Assembly (NCBI GenBank): GCA_965223265.1
Contig: OZ244999.1
Location: forward strand, 2,560,001 to 2,624,000
Length of the DNA stretch: 64,000 nt
Origin: Planctomycetota bacterium
Lineage (GTDB): Bacteria > Planctomycetota > UBA8108 > SXIK01
Direction: 5' to 3'
The stretch's first letter is position 1, and every line of letters starts with the position of its first letter. This document shows positions 60,181-64,000 of the stretch, piece after piece. Made by a program: the position numbers and the translations under genes. The notes beneath the pieces were generated by a model. That model worked only from the letters and a program-made list of their open reading frames with translations. It ran no database searches and was not told the origin of the DNA.

Positions 60181-63180
60181 GTGCTCGTGCGGATTCTAGG
60201 TTACAGGCTCGTCGTTGGTACTGTGCTCGGGCTCGCACCGGCGCCTCTTGCCGCGCAGATCGTGATCAACGAAGTTCTCGCCGACAGTCGCCTCGCAAGC
60301 CTCGACGTCGATGGCGACGACTCCGACTGGGTCGAACTCTACAATGCCGGGCCTGTGTCGATCGACTTGGCTGGTTACGCACTCAGCGATGATTTACGCC
60401 AACCGCGCAAATGGATTTTCCCCGGAGCCACCATTGAGCCCGGCGGCTACCGCCTGATTTGGTGTTCGGGTAAGGACCGCGTGCAGCCGGCGACCTCCGT
60501 GCTCGAGGGGCTGACGGAGCCAATCGACTTCGAGCATGTCCTCGTGCCGTTGGACGCCGAATGGCGCTACCTCATCGGATCACCCGATGATGGCGCTCCT
60601 CCAGCGGGCTGGAACGAGCCTGGTTTCGACGATTCAGCGTGGAGCTCGGGACAGGCTGGGTTTGGGTTCGGGGACGACGATGATGAAACCGTTTTACCGC
60701 GGGATATCGGCGCGGTGTTCTTGCGACAGAGCTTCCAGGTCGACGATTTGACCGCGCTCGACAATCTCGTCCTCGACGTCTGTTATGACGATGGCTTTGT
60801 TGCTTACATTAACGGCGAGCGAGTTCTCTCTGCGAATTTCCCTGCGGATGAGGAGCCGACATTCGGCAGCTTGGCAGCCGAAAACATCGAATGCCGCGCG
60901 CCGGAGCGCTTCGACTTGTCGAGCGCACGCGAGTTCGTACAGAGCGGCGCGAACGTGTTGGCTATGGTTCTGGTCAATCGCAGCGTGACGAACAACGACT
61001 TATCGTTGGTTCCGCAACTCGGAGTCGCGCCGACGGTGCTCCATACTAATTTCAGGCTTAGTAGCTCCGGCGAAGATCTGGTGCTCACGGATTCCAGCGG
61101 TCAAACGATCGATCAAGTGGCGCTGCCGGAGCAAACCGAGGATCATTCGTTCGGGCGCTTTCCGAATGGGCTGGGAAGTTTCTTTTATTCACCCTTTCCG
61201 ACGCCACTAGCGAGCAACGACGCCCGCACCGCGGCTCGGGCGATCGTTGAGGAGCCGCTCTTCATACCGCCGAGCGGCAAGTACACTGAGCCGCTCGCCG
61301 TTACTCTGGACCTCGATCTTGACCTCGCCGGCGCGGAGATCCACTACACACTGGATGGTACCCGCCCAACGCTTGAGAGTTCGCTATACACCGGACCGAT
61401 CCTTGTGAGCGAAGACACCGTGATTCGCGCTGCAGGCTATCTCGATGGCACGCTGATCACGCGCTGCGCGTCGCACAGCTACTTCCTCAGTTCGATGGCC
61501 CACACGTTCTCGCTACCGATCTTTTCGGTGTCGATGGCCCCCGACGACTTTGAGTTTGTGCACTTGGCGCAGGATCGTCGTGGGCCTCTGTTCGAACGCC
61601 CCGGCTACCTGGAGATCATGGACGCGGGCGGAGTTCGCGTCGTCGGCACTGGATTCGGCATTCGTCTCCATGGTGGTGTCGGGCGTGAAGGAGATCTCGA
61701 CACAAAAAAAGCGTACCGCGCGTACTTTCGCCGCGAATATGGTGACGAGCGACTCCGCTACCGCGTCATTCCGGACACCGAAGTCGAGGAGTTCGACAAA
61801 CTCGTTCTGCGCTCCAACTTCAATGATTCCTTTCGTGGTAGTGGTGGGTTTATCCGCGATCAACTGACGCGTGACCTTCACAAGCAGATGGGCGGTACGA
61901 TCTCACACGGATCTTGGTATCACCTCTTCGTCAACATGGAGTACCGCGGCGTTTACAACGTTGTCGAGCGGATGGATCGAATCTTTTTCGAGTCACACTT
62001 TTCGGACGACCCCGCCGAGTGGGATGTGATCAAGAGAAGTCGAGACGACGAGGCGCTCGACGGTGACACTGCGGCGTGGAACACACTTGGGAGATTCTTC
62101 CGCGACAATGACGTAGTTGATGACGCCACTCTGGAGGAAGGGCTTGAACTGATCGATAACGACGTCTTCGTGTCATACATGATTCTCAATATCTGGGCGC
62201 GCAATCATGACTGGCCGCAGCAGAACTGGTTCGCCGCACGGCCGCGCCGCGCTGATGGGCGCTGGCTTTTTCTCGTGTGGGACGCGGAGCTGGGAGTGAG
62301 CGGAGCGGAAACGGACTCTTTCGCACGCCTATTCGAAGGCTCGCGTTCACGCATTCAGGACGTCTTCATGGCTCTGATGAGGAATTCGCACTACCAACAG
62401 TTCTTTTTGGCCGAAATGGAGCGACACCTTGAAGGCGTTCTCGCGCCAGACAACGTCATCGCTCACATTCGACGTTTGAGTGCACGCATCGAGAACGACC
62501 TGCGTTTTGATGCGGCGCTCGCTGGGCGCACCGACACGGTCTTTCGCACCCAGGTTCAGGAGATGGAGACGTTCGCGCGTCGGCGCCCGGCGTTTTTGCG
62601 CGCCATGGTCATCAACTCCGAGTTCTTGAACCCTCGCGTGCTGGAGGTGATTCCGGATCGAGTCGAGTTGGATGGGGCGGGCCCTGTCGAGGTCACCCTA
62701 CGTGGTCACAGCTTTAGCGAGTTCACCAAGGTGTTCTTCGCGGGTGTGCCAGCACCACATGTGGAGCTTGTATCGGTGGTGGAGATGAAGGTCCAGGTGC
62801 CGTTCAGCGTCGGCGTCCAAGGCTTTCCAGCGATCACCACCAGCAGTTCGCGGGGTGGCACCTTCACCGCTGAGAGATTGCTCGAGGTTGTCCTATCTGA
62901 AACGCCGCTGCGCCGCGGCGATGCAAACGGCGACGGTGCTCTCAACGTCAGCGACGCCGTCGCTATCATTCTCGCGGTCGCCGGCGGAGTAGGTCCTCCG
63001 TCCTGCGCCGATGCCCTAGACGTGGACGACTCGGGAGGCGTGGATCTCACCGACGCGATCGCACTCCTCGGCTATCTTTTCGGTGACTCGGGAGCACCGC
63101 CAGCCGCACCGCATCCTGGCTGCGGCGTCGATGCCTCACCGGACGCGCTGGGTTGTACGACCGGGGCGGATTGTCGCTAA
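60181..63180 (+). CDS. Secreted lamin-tail / CotH-kinase / IPT protein with a C-terminal dockerin-like module
   Basis: IVINEVLA...SDWVELYN, HYTLDGTRP, YRGVYNVVER, NHDWPQQNW, WDAE, LRRGDANGDG. Confidence 0.9.
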   Translation: MLVRILGYRLVVGTVLGLAPAPLAAQIVINEVLADSRLASLDVDGDDSDWVELYNAGPVSIDLAGYALSDDLRQPRKWIFPGATIEPGGYRLIWCSGKDRVQPATSVLEGLTEPIDFEHVLVPLDAEWRYLIGSPDDGAPPAGWNEPGFDDSAWSSGQAGFGFGDDDDETVLPRDIGAVFLRQSFQVDDLTALDNLVLDVCYDDGFVAYINGERVLSANFPADEEPTFGSLAAENIECRAPERFDLSSAREFVQSGANVLAMVLVNRSVTNNDLSLVPQLGVAPTVLHTNFRLSSSGEDLVLTDSSGQTIDQVALPEQTEDHSFGRFPNGLGSFFYSPFPTPLASNDARTAARAIVEEPLFIPPSGKYTEPLAVTLDLDLDLAGAEIHYTLDGTRPTLESSLYTGPILVSEDTVIRAAGYLDGTLITRCASHSYFLSSMAHTFSLPIFSVSMAPDDFEFVHLAQDRRGPLFERPGYLEIMDAGGVRVVGTGFGIRLHGGVGREGDLDTKKAYRAYFRREYGDERLRYRVIPDTEVEEFDKLVLRSNFNDSFRGSGGFIRDQLTRDLHKQMGGTISHGSWYHLFVNMEYRGVYNVVERMDRIFFESHFSDDPAEWDVIKRSRDDEALDGDTAAWNTLGRFFRDNDVVDDATLEEGLELIDNDVFVSYMILNIWARNHDWPQQNWFAARPRRADGRWLFLVWDAELGVSGAETDSFARLFEGSRSRIQDVFMALMRNSHYQQFFLAEMERHLEGVLAPDNVIAHIRRLSARIENDLRFDAALAGRTDTVFRTQVQEMETFARRRPAFLRAMVINSEFLNPRVLEVIPDRVELDGAGPVEVTLRGHSFSEFTKVFFAGVPAPHVELVSVVEMKVQVPFSVGVQGFPAITTSSSRGGTFTAERLLEVVLSETPLRRGDANGDGALNVSDAVAIILAVAGGVGPPSCADALDVDDSGGVDLTDAIALLGYLFGDSGAPPAAPHPGCGVDASPDALGCTTGADCR

Positions 63181-63213
63181 CGTTAGCAACAGGTCGCCGA
63201 CTCGAGGCAAAGG

Positions 63214-64000
63214 CTAAACGAGCTCCGCGATCGGGCGTCGGTTGTCGACGAGGAAGTGCGGTCGGCCGCTAAGGTCGGTGAGAGTCGTGCGCGCTACATC
63301 GATCCCCATGTTGTGGTAGAGCGTCGCGAACACTTCTCGAAAGTGCACCGGCCGCTCGGTGACATACTCACCGAGGTGATTCGTCGCACCGATCACCTGC
63401 CCTGTGCGCATGCCACCGCCAGCCAGGAGGACGTTACCAACCTGCGGCCAATGATCACGCCCAGCGTTCTGGTTGATCCTCGGCGTCCTCCCGAATTCAC
63501 CCCAGACAACGACCGAGACATCGTCGAGGAGCCCACGGCTGTCGAGGTCCTCGACAAGCGCGCTGACGCCTTGGTCGAGAAATGGCAGAGCACCGCGCGC
63601 TTCCTTGAAGTTGTTGGAGTGCCAGTCCCAGTTGTAACGCCCCTGGAGCATGCGACCGAGTGGGTAACGGCTGAAGACGACTGTCACGCAGCGCGCACCG
63701 GCTTCGATGACGCGGCGCGCGAGGAGGAATTGTTCGAGAAGCTTTGGACCGCCGAACTCTGGATCGCCGCGGCCAGGTACGCCGTAGCGGGCGCGGACGC
63801 GGGAATCCTCACGGTCGAGGTCGAGAGCTTCAGCGAGTCGAGACGACGTCAGAATGCCGAGCGCTCGCTCGACGAACGCGTCCATTCCCTTCATTGTCCC
63901 GTCGGTATCGATCCCGCGCCGGAACTGATCGAAACTTTTCAGGAGCCGGCTGCGTTCGGCGATACGATTCGGACTCACCCCATTGAGAACGAAGTCGTCG
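63214..64000 (-). CDS. DUF1501 domain-containing protein, 5'-truncated by the window edge
   Basis: [45 protein letters not shown]. Confidence 0.92.
   Translation of the reverse strand, partial: DDFVLNGVSPNRIAERSRLLKSFDQFRRGIDTDGTMKGMDAFVERALGILTSSRLAEALDLDREDSRVRARYGVPGRGDPEFGGPKLLEQFLLARRVIEAGARCVTVVFSRYPLGRMLQGRYNWDWHSNNFKEARGALPFLDQGVSALVEDLDSRGLLDDVSVVVWGEFGRTPRINQNAGRDHWPQVGNVLLAGGGMRTGQVIGATNHLGEYVTERPVHFREVFATLYHNMGIDVARTTLTDLSGRPHFLVDNRRPIAELV

Overview
This is a GC-rich bacterial window whose gene content points to Planctomycetota (inference from DUF1592/DUF1552, DUF1501, PQQ-like propeller, Tat-exported Gfo/Idh/MocA enzymes and six proteins with a planctomycete-type dockerin-like module). 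Most of it is ordinary metabolic, transport and secreted-protein content: CzcB/CzcA efflux, a class III aminotransferase, MFS, SelO, a sialidase-like protein, a DMFase-like protein and two CotH/lamin-tail proteins. The stand-out region is 20.6-25.7 kb. Two homologous tandem arrays of a GTAG-hairpin (REP-like) unit, with a compensatory base-pair change between them, flank an Avd-like four-helix-bundle gene that has a structured leader. A ~2.7 kb large-serine-recombinase element appears inserted at a GCTA core at the edge of the first array. Its predicted circularisation would join an orphan RBS+GTG at one end in frame to a start-less ORF at the other end. Also found: a UxxC ArsC-like selenoprotein with a SECIS-like hairpin that the ORF track missed (18679-19026), two copies of a hairpin MITE, a putative nucleotidyltransferase toxin-antitoxin pair and a frameshifted gene. 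No rRNA, tRNA or CRISPR was recognised. All family calls come from motif recognition by eye, not database searches.
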